Of a DNA stretch of 32,000 nucleotides, positions 1 through 11,732 are shown piece after piece. A program made the position numbers and the translations under genes. Below the pieces are notes generated by a model, which ran no database searches, was not told the origin of the DNA, and worked only from the letters and a program-made list of their open reading frames with translations. Source of the DNA: Mycoplasma mycoides subsp. capri (GTDB taxonomy: Bacteria > Bacillota_I > Bacilli_A > Mycoplasmatales > Mycoplasmataceae); the NCBI RefSeq assembly GCF_018389705.1, contig NZ_CP065581.1, positions 90,001-122,000 on the forward strand, read 5' to 3'. Positions within the stretch are counted from its first letter, which is position 1, and the number at the start of each line of letters is the position of its first letter.

Positions 1-2509
1 TTAGTTTAGAATCTAAATAATTAGTTTTAGCTGTTTTTAAATAGTTATTAGCTTGTTGATTAATTTGATCAACTAATAGTTTTCTATTATCTTTAAATTC
101 TTTTATATATTTTTTATGTAAACTAATTAATTCTTGATATTTTTGATCAACTAAAGTTTTATTATCATAATCAATATCAACTTTTAAGTTTTTTAAAAAG
201 ATAATCTTTTTAGAAATAAGTTTATCAGGTAGTTTATCTAAACTTATTTTACTTTTAACATAACTATTAAAAGCATTAGCTTGTCAATAACTCATATCAA
301 CTTCTTTTTTAAATAGTTTTAAAGTAGCTTTGTAAGTTGCAAAACAATAATGTTGATATTTATTTATTAGTCAATCTATTCATTTAGGATTTTTATTTTC
401 TAAAAATTTTACTCTTAATGTATTTGAAATGCTTTCAACAATTAAAGTAAAGATAATTAAACCAAATACTAAAGCCCCAAATTCTGCATATAATGCTTCT
501 TCAAAATATCCTTTTAATAAACTTCCTAGTCGTCCAGCTCCAACAATACCTAAAGTAGCTACTTCTTTAAAGTTAATTTCAAAACGATAAATAATATATG
601 AAATTATTTCATTTTGAGTTTGAGCAAAAATACCGTATCTAAATACTTGAAACTTATTTAACCCTAAAGCTTTTAATTGGTTAACTATTTTAAAGTTTAT
701 TGTTTCATAAATTTCTCTATTATATTTTGTTAGCATTCCAATTGTTCCAACAGCTAAAGCTAATGATCCAGCAAATGGACCTACTCCAACTGCAAAAACA
801 AAAATATAAGCATACATATATGTTGGAATTGCTCTAATTAAAGTAGTTAGACATAAAACTGGTTTTGCAATAATAGGATGAACTATTTTTGATGAACTTA
901 ATAATCCTAATATATAAGCAAATACAGCTCCAATTACAGTTCCTAAAATAGCAATTGTTAGTGTTTCTCAAAGTATATAAAGAACAGAATATGATTGAGC
1001 AGTTTTATTAGTAGCGCTAAGCGGATTAGCATAATATAGTGATTCTCAATTAATATTTAAAATACTTAAAACTCTTTGGTTTGTTTCTTTTATTGATGAA
1101 CTACTTGCTAAAGAAAAGTTAACATCTTTAATTAAGAAAATAAATAAGAATAAAATAATTGCAAAAAACACAATTCTTTTAATATATGTTTTTGGCATTT
1201 TTTTTAAAACAACTTCAGGTGTTAGTGTTTTTTTAAATTTTGTAGTTTCTGTTTTTATTGTGTCTTCAACTTGACGTTTAATTTGTTCTCTAATAATTAA
1301 ACATTCATTTGCAAGTTTAGTTTGAGTGATTTTATCAATTCTTACTAAATGATCTACAAAATCAACTTTTACAAACAAGTTTTCTTTATTTTCTTTAAAT
1401 AACTTTTTATATTTGTCTTTGTCTTTTTTAACATCAAGATTATATTGTTTTTTAAATTCAGAAATTAGTTTTTTCTTTTCTAGTTTTAAAGATTGAAGTT
1501 CATTAGGATCTGTTGTTTTTGCTATTTTGTCATTAATTTCTTTTGTTAAAATGTAGTTTATATAAAATTTAAGATTACTTAATTTATCTATATTTTTATA
1601 TGGTTTTTGAATTTTATTTATTAGTTTTTTTTCTAATAAATAATCTTTTTCTTCTATTATGTAATTTCTAATTAAAAAAATAAATAATTCAATTAATAAA
1701 ATAGTTACTGCAAATATTGTTAATAAGAATCCGGCTTTGCTATATTCTGAAGAATCAAGAGTTGATTTAATTAATTCTCCATAACTATCTAATCCTGTTA
1801 CGATTGCAATAACTGAAAAATAACGAATATTAGTTTCTAAAGTATAAAGTGAAATTGATAATAAGTTAGTGGAAATTTGTGGAACTACTGCTTTTCTAAA
1901 TGATTGAAACTTATTAGCTCCAGTAGCTTGCATTGTAGTAAATACTTTTGTATCAATTTGTTCTATTTTTTCATAAAACAATTTACCAGCTACTGAAAAT
2001 GAAAAGAATATAATACCAATTACAGATGACCCATACCCAGTTAAAAAATAACCAGCTATAATCATAGCCATTGCAAAACTTGGTATAGTTCTAAATAGTG
2101 ATAAAAATCCTCTTGAAAAATTGTTAATATATCTATTTGAAACTATACTTCTTGAAGCTAGTACTGAAAAAGGAAGACATAATATTATTCCTAAAAAAGT
2201 ACCAATAAATGAAAGTTTAATAGTTTGTCATAAATTATAAAAACTAGTTTCTAAAAAAGTATTTGGTAGCCCGTGTTTTTGATTTCAATTATTAAGATCT
2301 CATTTAAAAAAATCTTTAAATAAACTAACTAATTTATCAAAATTATCAAAAAACTCACTTCATCTTTCATCAGCTAAAGCAAATCCTAAAACTACAAATA
2401 TTATTATTCCAACAGTAAAACAAATTGTAAAAACACGCTTTGGTGGTTTTGTGTAGTGATTACCTATTTTAAATAAATTTCTATCTTTAATTATTTTTTT
2501 ATTAAACAT
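1..2509 (-). CDS. Fused PhnE-type ABC transporter permease with two permease domains, a Lys-rich insert and a C-terminal extension. The 3' end runs off the left edge, so at least 836 aa are visible.
   Basis: The ATG at 2507-2509 lies 4 nt after the stop of the upstream ATPase gene. ORF-track fragments 1046..2071 and 380..817 are in this same frame (codon starts = 2 mod 3) and are joined only by TGA codons. Two hydrophobic cores each carry a PhnE/BPD-type loop: TMQATGANKFQSFRKAVVPQI and VNQLKALGLNKFQVFRYGIFAQ. The frame is still open at position 2. Confidence 0.8.
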
Positions 2510-2512
2510 TAT

Positions 2513-3265
2513 CTATTCTCCATAGATTTTTTTCATTGCTTGAGCATCCAATTTACTTGGAACATCATCAAAAACAATTTCTCCATTATTTAATCCAATT
2601 ACTCTTGTTGCATATTTTTTTGCAAGATCAACATGGTGAATATTGATTATTACAGTAATTCCATCTTTTTTATTAATGTTTTTAAAATCTTTCATTACTT
2701 GATTTGCAAGAATTGGATCTAAAGCAGAAACAGGTTCATCAGCAATGATTAAAAAAGGTTGTTGAGCTAAGGTTCTAGCTAGTGCTACACGTTGTTGTTG
2801 ACCACCACTTAAATTATCAGCTCTTATATAAGCATAATCTAATAGGTTTAATTTGTCTAAAGAATTTAAAGCAATCATCTTATCTTCTCTTTTAAAGAAT
2901 CCAAGAATTTTGTTTATTCCTTTTTGACTACTTACTCTAGCGTTTAAAACATTTTGTAAAACTGTTTTATTTGCAATGTTGTTATATTCTTGAGACATTA
3001 AACCAATTTTTTGTCTAAGTTTTTGAAGTTTTTTACCTCTAGTTTTAGTTACTTCATAATGCTCTTTTGTTTTATCAAAATCAATAATAATTTCACCTGA
3101 AGAAATATCATTAATTTTATTAATGGTTTTTAAAAGTGTAGTTTTTCCAGCTCCAGATAACCCAATAACTGCAACTAATTCACCTTTATTAATTTCTAAA
3201 TTTATATTTTTTAAAACTTGTTTTCCATTAGGTCAAACTTTATTTACATTATTAAATAGTATCAT
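2513..3265 (-). CDS. phnC: ABC transporter ATP-binding protein, PhnC-like (250 aa)
   Basis: ATG at 3263-3265 and TAG at 2513-2515, with one in-frame TGA (VW-PNGK). Walker A is GLSGAGKTTLL, the signature is LSGGQQQRVALARTL (the QQQ is typical of PhnC), and Walker B is IIADEPVSALD. It sits in the operon between the binding-protein and permease genes. Confidence 0.85.
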
Positions 3266-3278
3266 TATTTACCAATCT

Positions 3279-4649
3279 CTATCAATTAATATCTTTTACT
3301 AATTTTTTAATAGCTTCGATATTTGTATTAGATTTTGAAATCTCTTCATCTATTTTACTTCCAGGAATGATATATCTTTCATGGTTGTAAATTTTAAATA
3401 TCTTTTTAGCTTCATCATTTTTTTCAATTAGATCAACAAATGATTGTCTTACATCATCTAAAAGTTGTTTATCTTTAAAAACTGATTTTGATGATTTTGA
3501 ATAAGAAATACCATCATTATAAATTGATTGTGAAGCACCAATAACTAATGAATTTTCAAATAATTCTTTTTCTTTTTGTCTTTCTTCTCTTATTTTATTT
3601 TCGTCTTTACCATCTGTTTGTCTATCTCTAAAACGAATATCAGAAAAACCAAAAGTAATTGCATATTTACTACTTTCAGCTTTTGCATCTTTGCTTCCAA
3701 TAGTTGTTGCTGAATCAGTAAATGAAAGAGCTTTTACAAATCTTCTGCTAGTATCTTTTTCAGTTAACATTTTAGTAATTTCAGTTTCACTTAATCCTAC
3801 AAAGTCTTTTAGTCATAAAACTGGATATAAGAATCCTGAACTTGATGTTTTAGATTTACCAATTCCAATTTTAACTTTAGGATTTTGAAATAGCATTTTT
3901 AAAAGATCTTTGTATTTTTTTACATTACCATTTTTATTACCATCTTTTAATAAAGAATCAATAGCTTCATAGTAATTTTTACCTTTTCATTCACCATTTG
4001 AATTGTTATCTACACTAATAGATTTTAAAATTGGAATATTTGCAAAAACATATGATCTATAGTAGTTTGCAGGATTTTGTGAATCATATATTCCTTTTGA
4101 ATAACCATCCTTATCAGCATTAGGCTTAGCTTTTTCAACAGAATCCTTATAATTCTTAATTAAGTTGAATGATGTTTCATCACTTATTTGAGTGGTTGCC
4201 TTTTCGTTATCAAACTTATCGCCATTTTTAAAATCTTGAAGTGTAGTTTCAGGAGTTACACCAGATCTTCCAGCAGTTAATAGAACTCCTAATTTACTAT
4301 AAGTTCCATCGTTTTGCTTTTCACCTCTATAAGCTGAATAAGTATTTATAGGTAAAAATCCAATATCTTCATTTCCATTAGCTAATGATTGACCAGCAAT
4401 TTCATAGTTTTGACTAGTTGTAACTTTAACTTTTTTATCGAATTTAGCTCCTCTTTTTGAAGCCTTTTCTTTTAAAGATTCAGTTAACAATCTTTCTAGT
4501 GATGCTGTTGTTGATTCAACTTCAGTTTGGTTTTGAGATGGAACAAAAACAACTCTTAGTTCGTTATCTCTTTTACCACAAGCAACAGTAACAACAGTAG
4601 CACTAGTAGCTAATAAACTTATTCCCATTAATGATATTAATTTTTTCAT
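3279..4649 (-). CDS. PhnD/p37-like substrate-binding lipoprotein of the ABC importer (456 aa)
   Basis: Fragments 3987..4649 and 3282..3770 share a frame and are joined by TGA codons. The track stop at 3282 is itself TGA, and the true stop is TAG at 3279-3281. The signal peptide plus lipobox reads MKKLISLMGISLLATSATVVTVAC-G. The core is PhnD-like: LRVVFVPSQ...VKVTTSQNYEIAGQSLANGNEDIGFLPINTYSAY. Confidence 0.75.
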
Positions 4650-4883
4650 ATTATTCTCTTTCTTTAGTTTTTGTTTACAAACTAAATAATTTATTTAGTA
4701 AGTAAAGATATATGTTACATAATTTATTATATAAGAATTAATATACTCAAAATATTAATAAAAGGCTTTTATAGAACCGATATAAACATAAAATACATTC
4801 CAAAAAATAAAAATATTTTTACATACAAGTATGCAATTGTGCTTTATTTTTTAATATTTTATGCTTAGATATTTAAAAATTAG

Positions 4884-4932
4884 AGAATAAAAACAAATGC
4901 AATAGCATTTAATTTTGTATTGCATTTGTTTG
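4884..4932 (-). terminator. Rho-independent terminator after asnS
   Basis: A 13-bp perfect stem pairs AACAAATGCAATA (4892-4904) with TATTGCATTTGTT (4918-4930). On the minus strand it is followed by TTTTTATT, and it starts 10 nt after the asnS stop. Confidence 0.7.
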
Positions 4933-4939
4933 TTAATAA

Positions 4940-6304
4940 TTAAAATAATAAGTTTTTTGGAGTTCTTGGGAATGGAATAACATCTCTAATATTTGAAGCT
5001 CCAGTAATATACATAACTAGTCTTTCAAATCCTAACCCAAACCCAGCTGATTTGTAATATCCATACAATCTTAAATTGTTATATCATTCTAATTGATCAA
5101 TATCAATATTTACTTCTTTACATCTTTTGATTAGTTTTTCATAATTATCTTCACGTTGACTTCCACCAACTAATTCACCAATTCCAGGAACTAATAAATC
5201 AACAGCAGCAACAGTCTTATTATCATCATTTTGTTTCATATAAAATGCTTTAATTTCTTTTGGATAATTAGTTACAAAAGTTGGAGCTTTATTTACTTGT
5301 TCACAAATATATCTTTCATGTTCAGTTCCTAAATCTAATCCAAATTCAATATCTGAAACTTCGAATTTGTGACCATCTTTTACTGCTTGTTTTAAAATTT
5401 CAATAGCTTGTGTATAAGTTGTAATTTTGAATTCTGAATTTCTAACATTATTTAATTTATCAATTAAACCATTTTCTAAATGTTCATTACAAAATTCTAA
5501 TTCTCTTCTATTGTGTTTAAAAATGTAATTAATGATATATTTAACCATATCTTGAATTAGTTGAATATTATCTTTTAAATCAGCAAAAGCAACTTCTGGT
5601 TCAATCATTCAAAATTCAGCAGCATGTTTTGCAGTATTTGAATTTTCAGCTCTAAAAGTAGGACCAAATGTATAAACTTTTTTAAAAGCTTGAGCAAAAG
5701 CTTCTGCATGCAATTGTCCTGAAACTGTTAAGCTTGCTTTTTTACCAAAAAAGTCTTTTTCATAGTCTGCATCTTCACGTGTTGTTACTAAAAATGCTTC
5801 ACCAGCTCCTTCAGCATCATTTGAAGTAATAATTGGTGAATGTATATAAACAAAGTTTCTTTCATTAAAAAATCTATGAATAGCATAAGCAGCTGCTGAT
5901 CTGATTTTAAAAATAGCATTAAATGTTTTTGTTTTTGCTCTTAAGTGAGCGATTTCTCTTAAATATTCAGTTGTGTGTTCTTTTTTTTGTAATGGATAAT
6001 CTTCAATTGCTTGATCAATAAGTTCGATTTCATCTGCTTGTAGTTCGAATTTTTGTTGTTTTTCTGGAGTTAAAACAACTCTTCCAATAACTTTAACAAT
6101 TGAACTAACTCTTGCTTGTAATGCTTGTTCATATCCTTTAGTTTTAGTTTTATAAACTACTTGTAAATCAGTAAAAGTTGTTCCGTCATTTAAAATCATA
6201 AATGAAACAAATTTACCTTGTCTATTAGATCTAACTCTACCAAGTATTTCAACTTCTTTATCAAGTAATTCAGAGTGTTGTTCAAATATTTGTCTGATTT
6301 CCAT
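4940..6304 (-). CDS. asnS: Asparagine--tRNA ligase (454 aa)
   Basis: Fragments 5609..6304 and 5084..5608 are contiguous across a TGA ([14 protein letters not shown], class IIb motif 2). A second TGA extends the C-terminus to ...[34 protein letters not shown], with TAA at 4940-4942. The N-terminus is an OB-fold region and [11 protein letters not shown] is present. Confidence 0.95.
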
Positions 6305-6312
6305 AATATCTC

Positions 6313-7152
6313 CTAATTTAAAATATATTTTTCTATAAATTTACCTACACCACCATTTATATTTGTATCAGTGATATATTTTGCTTTTTGTTTAATTTGA
6401 TCAACTGCATTTTCTACAGCTACACAATTTGGGATTTCTTCAAACATTGTCATATCGTTCATATTATCACCAAATACTACAACATCATTAATATCAACAT
6501 TTAAGATTTCAGCCATTTTTTTAATAGCTTTTCCTTTAGTTGCTGTAATATTTGTAAATTCATAAATTGGAATAGTTTCAATATGATTTCTCATACTTGT
6601 TAAATGTTCATCTAATTTTTCAGCTTTAAATCAATCTTCTAGAATTTGATTTTTTTCTAGTGGAACAAAAATCATAATCTGAACTGGATCAATAAAATCA
6701 AAATTTCCATCAGTAGAACATATTGTTTTATTAAATCTTTCAAATCAATTTCTTTTAATCATACTATCAACTTCAAAAGGAATATTGTTTCAATAAACAT
6801 CACTAGCTGTTGCTGTAAATATTACTGTACAAATATTTAATTCAGTTAATTTTTTAACCATTTTATTAACAATAGCATTATCAATTTTATTTACATAAAC
6901 TGGTTCAAAACTACTGATTTTTGAAATTAAAGCTCCATTAGCTAAAACAGCTAAATCAACGTGCTCACCTATACTAAATAAATCTGCTCTAGGTTTTGCT
7001 GATTTATAAGGTTGGCCTGTTGCTATTGTTACATGGATATTGTTTTTAATAGCTTTTTCTAATATTGGTTTATCAATATCGTTTGCTAATTTTCCATGAT
7101 GTAAAACTGTTCCATCTAAATCTGTAACAATTAGCTTAATATTTTTTAACAT
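6313..7152 (-). CDS. Cof-type HAD-IIB phosphatase (279 aa)
   Basis: Fragments 6790..7152 and 6313..6594 share a frame and are linked by three TGA codons. HAD motif I is LIVTDLDGTVL and motif IV is VVFGDNMNDMTMF. TAG lies at 6313-6315. Confidence 0.85.
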
Positions 7153-7162
7153 TTACTACTCC

Positions 7163-8293
7163 TTAGTCTTTATAAAAAAATGTTGAAATTTCTTTTTTTT
7201 CATTAAAGTTATTTAAGATGATTTTATCAATAATACCCATCTTTTCTAAAGCTATGCTTGTTTTATTATTATCTTTTATAATTTTGTTTTCAAATTGTAA
7301 AATTCTATATATAGTTTGATAATAATGTTCTTTTAAACTTAAACAATGTTTTGAAGTTTCATAAATTAAAAGTTCATCATTTAGATTAAATTTTTTTCTA
7401 TTTATAAACATTCTTATTGAATCATTATGACTAGAAATTTTATCTTCAATTGAATGAATAAATAAAATTGGAATTTTAGCTGGAATAATATGCTGTTTTT
7501 CATATTTGTCAAACAAATTCATTTTATTTCAATCAGATAAAGTTAAATCTTTTTGCTTTTTTAAAATTTGTTTAATTAAATAAATATCATATTTTTTAGA
7601 AAAAAATCTTTTAAAGCTTAGTTTTAATAACTTATTTAATAAAGAACTAATGCTTGCATAACTACTATCACTAATAATAAATTTAACTTTGTTTTCTTCT
7701 AAGAATTTTTGCTGAGTTAAAGTTAAATAATTAATAACAAAAGCCCCCATACTTAAACCAAGTAAACCAATAGTTTGTACTTTTTGAGTTTGATTTAAAT
7801 AATTAATTGCTGCAATTAGATCTTTACTTTCTAATAAGCCCATTGTTACAAATGGTGTTTCTTCAGAATCACCATGATTTCTAAAATCATAAACTAATAC
7901 ATTATATCCAAGTTCAATAAAAGCTTTAGATCAATACAAACTTCAATATTTATCACCTAAAAATCAATGACTAACAATAACTCATTTTTTAGACTTATGA
8001 TCAGTTATGTATTTAAGTGCAGAAATTGTTATATTATCACTAGTTTTAAATTTAATTGGAATTAAATTATCGTTGATCTTAAATTCTAGTTCTTTATGTT
8101 TAAAAAATAATCTCATAATCTTATTCATTTTATTGATTTCAGGATTCATATAAATATGTTTTTTAGAATGAGATTTTTTAAAAAATACTGAAGTTTCAAG
8201 TAATTTATGAAATTTAGCAAATGATTTATTTATTGATCTAAATATCTTATTCCCACTTTTTTTAATAAGAGCTCTTTTTTGTTTAGCTGTCAT
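7163..8293 (-). CDS. Alpha/beta-fold hydrolase with a Lys-rich N-terminal extension (376 aa)
   Basis: Three track fragments (7982..8293, 7529..7843, 7163..7522) are in one frame and are joined by TGA codons. The nucleophile elbow is GLSMGA and an upstream HG-type motif (YDFRNHGDSE) is present. TAA lies at 7163-7165. Confidence 0.75.
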
Positions 8294-8316
8294 AATAATC
8301 TTTCTTTTTAAAATTA

Positions 8317-9273
8317 TTATTTGTTATTTAAAAGAATTTTTTCATATGCTAATTTAGCAATCATAGCAGCATTATCTGTACAATAACTCATCTTAGGAAC
8401 AAATGTATTTTTAATATTGTATTTTTCACCCAATCTTAAAATTATTTTTCTAATTTCACTATTAGCACTTACCCCACCAGCAACAGTTAATGTTTTTGGT
8501 TTAAATTCTTTAATTGCTTTTTCTAGTTTTTTTTCAACAATGTTTGTTGCTGTATATTGAAAACTAGCTGCAAAATCTTCTAAATTAATTTCTTGATTTT
8601 TTTGATTCAAATTATGAATCAAATTTATACAAGCAGTTTTTAATCCAGAATAAGAAAAATCATAATTATCTTCATCTTTTAAAACAGGTAATAAATAAGA
8701 ATCTTTATTTCCTTTTAAAGCCAATTTATCTAAAATTGGTCCTCCTGGATAAGAAAGCCCTAAAACTCTAGCTACTTTGTCATAACATTCACCAATAGCA
8801 TCATCTCTAGTTGATCCAATGATTTGAAAATCATTTGCAGAATTAATAATTTCAATTTGAGTATGTCCACCAGAAACAACCATTGCTAAAACTGGATATA
8901 TAAACTCATTTTCAATACTAGCTCCAAAAATATGTCCTTGAATATGATCTAAAGCTAATATTGGTTTGTTTATATATAAACTAATAGTTTCAGCTACAAG
9001 TTTTCCAACAATCAAAGAACCAATTAATCCTGGAGATTTTGTATAAGCTACATAATCAATATCTTTGATACTTAAATTAGCTTCGGTTAATGCTGCTTTT
9101 AATACTCAATTAAAATTTTGTACATGTAATCTTGCTGCTAATTCAGGAACAACACCACCAAATACTTGATGATCTTTTATTTGAGATGAAATAACGTTTG
9201 TAAGAATTTTATTATTATCAATAATCGAAATAGAAAATTCATCACAACTTGACTCAATAGCTAAGATTTTCAT
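8317..9273 (-). CDS. tsaD: tRNA N6-adenosine threonylcarbamoyltransferase TsaD (318 aa)
   Basis: The ATG at 9271-9273 is preceded by AAAGGAGAG. The N-terminus [12 protein letters not shown]...[14 protein letters not shown] is joined through one TGA to fragment 8317..9015, which carries the HIQGHIFG metal site and the ...[13 protein letters not shown]-terminal motif. Confidence 0.93.
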
Positions 9274-9366
9274 TTCTCTCCTTTAAACTACTTTAAATAA
9301 AAAAATAAATAATAAAAAAAGAATACCCACAATAGTTTTTTAGATGGTTGAGTAATCTTATATTTA

Positions 9367-9588
9367 TTATTTTTTCTTGTCTTTGTTATTAATGCTATCT
9401 CTAACTTGACCTGTAGTTCTATGAATGATTACTGAACCTTGGCGTTTTTTTGTTAACTCGTTAGCATAAGCAATGGCTTCTTTTTGAGTATCAAATAATT
9501 TAGTAGGACGTGTGTTACCTACACCTTTTACTTGTCATTTACCATCATATGGTGTAACATGATAAACTGTTGCTTGTTTTTCAGCCAT
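9367..9588 (-). CDS. Small DUF2188-like protein (73 aa)
   Basis: This gene is absent from the ORF track because of an internal TGA. The ATG at 9586-9588 is preceded by AAAGGAGAAAT. My translation is MAEKQATVYHVTPYDGKWQVKGVGNTRPTKLFDTQKEAIAYANELTKKRQGSVIIHRTTGQVRDSINNKDKKK, with TAA at 9367-9369. The pattern matches my recollection of DUF2188 (H-V-x-P...W-x-V-K...EAI..A). Confidence 0.6.
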
Positions 9589-9787
9589 ATTTCTCCTTTA
9601 TTTAAATATAAATATATATTTTATTTTACTATAGAGTTTTTTTAAATGCTCTAATTTTAAATGCAAAATATTTGACAATAATTATAAAATTAAAGATATT
9701 TATTTTAATGATTATTAAATACAAGTTTTCAACTAATGAACTTATAGATTTAAATAATATAATTTAATTAAGAAAAGAGATGATTTT

Positions 9788-11146
9788 ATGTTAATAAATG
9801 ATACAGTAGTTGCTCCTGCTACAAATATTTCAACTCAAGCTATTGCTTTAATTAGAGTTAGTGGTTCTGAAGCTTTTTTAATAGTTAATAAGCTAATTAA
9901 AGATAAAAAACTAGAAGAAAAAAGAGGATTATTTTTAAGAAAATTGTATTTTGAAAACGAATTAATTGATGAAGTAGTTTTATCTTGTTTTGTTGCTCCT
10001 AATTCTTTTACTGGTGAAAATGTTGTTGAAATTGCTTGTCATGGTGGAATTTTAAATACTAATAAAATCATCAATATTTTAATTCAATCAGGAGCTAGAA
10101 TGGCTTTAAGAGGAGAATTTAGTCAACGTTCTTTTTTAAATGGAAAAATTGATTTAATTCAAGCTGAAGGTATTAATAATTTAATTCATGCAAAAAATGA
10201 TTTAGCTTTAAAAATTGGTGTTGCTAATATGAGTGGATCTAATAATAAAGCAATTATTGAATTAAAAGATAATTTATTAGATATTATTAGTCGTATTCAA
10301 GTTTCAATTGATTATCCTGATTATGATGATGTTGAAGGCTCAAGTATAGAAGATTTAACTAATTTATTAGAAATTATTAATGATCAAATTAATAAACTTT
10401 TAATGAGATCTAAAATGGCTTTTAAAAACTCTGAAGGAATTAAAACTGCTATTATTGGTCAAACTAATGTTGGTAAATCATCAATTTTAAATGCTTTAAT
10501 TAATGAAGATAAAGCAATTGTTACAGATATTCCAGGAACTACTAGAGATATAGTTGAAGGACAAATTAATCTAGAAAATGTTAGTTTAAATTTAATTGAT
10601 ACAGCTGGAATTAGAAAAACTAGTGATGTTGTTGAAAATTTAGGAATTTTAAAATCTAAAAACTTAATCAATGAAGCTGATTTAGTTTTATTTGTTGTTA
10701 ATAAAGAAAATATTAATGATTCAGATAATCAAGAAATTTTTGAACTTTTAAAAGATAAAACTTATATTTTAATTGTAAATAAGGCTGAAAAACTAAGTCA
10801 AACTGAAAAACAAAACTTAGAAAAAAAATATGAAAATATTGTATTTACTAGTGCTATAAATCACGATATAGACCAATTAGTTTTAAGAATTAATCAAATG
10901 TTTTTAAATGAAGAGATTAGTAAAAATGATGAACTAATTTTAATTGGATTAAATCAAATTACTTTAGTTGAACAAATCAAAAACAAACTTTCAACTGCTT
11001 TAAGTGTAATTAAATCAGGAATGCCTATTGATATAGTAAACGTTGATTTATATGATGCTTGAAACCTATTAAATGAACTAATTGGTGTTGAGTATGAAGA
11101 TGAAATTATTGATAATATCTTTAGAAAATATTGTTTAGGAAAATAA
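9788..11146 (+). CDS. mnmE: tRNA modification GTPase MnmE (452 aa)
   Basis: The track ORF 9788..11062 ends at a TGA. Reading through it adds [28 protein letters not shown] (the C-terminal C-x-G-K motif), with TAA at 11144-11146. G1 is [14 protein letters not shown] and G3 is DTAGIR. Confidence 0.95.
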
Positions 11147-11172
11147 AAAAAATCAACCTGATAGGTTGATAA
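11147..11172. terminator. Shared hairpin terminator between the convergent genes mnmE and rpsT
   Basis: The stem pairs ATCAACCT (11152-11159) with AGGTTGAT (11163-11170) around a GAT loop. On the minus strand it is followed by a run of about 7 T, which suits rpsT well. On the plus strand only a weak T-rich tail follows. Confidence 0.65.
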
Positions 11173-11194
11173 CATTATTTTATGGATTGAAAAA

Positions 11195-11440
11195 CTAAGC
11201 ACTCATTAAGCGTGATTTTTCTCTAGCAGCTTTATTATCTTTAAAGATTCCTTTTTTTAAACCTTTATCTACTAAACTTACTGCATGATTAACTAATTCA
11301 GCTTTATTTGCATCATCATTAGATTTTGCATTTAAAGCTTTTTTAATAGCAGTTTTAATTTCTGATTTAAATGCTTTATTTGCTAATCTTGATTTTTCAT
11401 TAGTTAAAACACGTTTTTCTTGAGATTTAATATTTGCCAT
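11195..11440 (-). CDS. rpsT: 30S ribosomal protein S20 (81 aa)
   Basis: MANIKSQEKRVLTNEKSRLANKAFKSEIKTAIKKA... is typical of S20. The true ATG at 11438-11440 is preceded by AAAGGAG. The longer N-terminal extension in the track has no ribosome-binding site. TAG lies at 11195-11197. Confidence 0.93.
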   Translation of the reverse strand: MANIKSQEKRVLTNEKSRLANKAFKSEIKTAIKKALNAKSNDDANKAELVNHAVSLVDKGLKKGIFKDNKAAREKSRLMSA

Positions 11441-11540
11441 TTTTTCAACTCCTTTTATAAACAATAATTTATAATACAACAATAAGTATAACAAAATTTA
11501 AACAAATTTTTAAAAATATTAGTTTATTGGTTGGATTATT

Positions 11541-11574
11541 AAATAAAAAATGAGCTTGTAAAAACTCATTTTTA
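11541..11574 (-). terminator. Hairpin terminator downstream of the GC-rich island
   Basis: AAAAATGAG (11546-11554) pairs with CTCATTTTT (11565-11573). On the minus strand the hairpin is followed by TTTTTTATTT. Confidence 0.55.
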
Positions 11575-11650
11575 GTTCTACTTCCTTATTTCATGACCAT
11601 TACGAAGATCAAAGGGCCGGCAAGAACCACGACCGCCTATAAGTGCGATT
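11575..11650 (-). ncRNA. Candidate small structured RNA of unassigned family
   Basis: This is a roughly 75-nt island with far higher G+C than its surroundings (about 26 of 46 nt over 11601-11646 by my count). On the minus strand it is preceded by TTGATATTATAAAG (a promoter-like box near 11672-11685) and followed by the 11541-11574 hairpin plus T run. A local hairpin GGCGG/CCGGCC is possible. No coding potential is apparent. Confidence 0.3.
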
Positions 11651-11732
11651 AAATAATAAATATTTAAATACAACTTTATAATATCAATAAAAACACTTTT
11701 ATAGAATTATTTCATAAATATTTAGTTTCAAA

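Noticed and set aside
3691..3888. Small ORFs antisense to or overlapping annotated genes (3691..3888 +, 10459..10671 -, 10954..11202 -, 17590..17790 +, 29545..29739 +)
   Set aside because: They are embedded antisense in strongly supported genes (the binding protein, mnmE, secA) or span intergenic poly(A) sequence. They show no ribosome-binding site and no recognisable motifs.
380..9015. Apparent split or pseudogenised housekeeping genes: asnS in two pieces, the HAD gene in two, the hydrolase in three, truncated tsaD, and the permease in pieces
   Set aside because: All breaks are TGA codons in a single continuous frame, with conserved motifs on both sides. This is an artefact of the standard-code ORF track and does not indicate gene decay.
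11575..11650. Calling the GC-rich island the SRP (4.5S) RNA
   Set aside because: A 24-nt stretch matches the domain IV consensus at 15 of 24 positions. However, the 3-bp stem around the tetraloop (AAA versus GAA) cannot pair, and no complementary 3' strand follows before the terminator. I kept it only as an unassigned small-RNA candidate.
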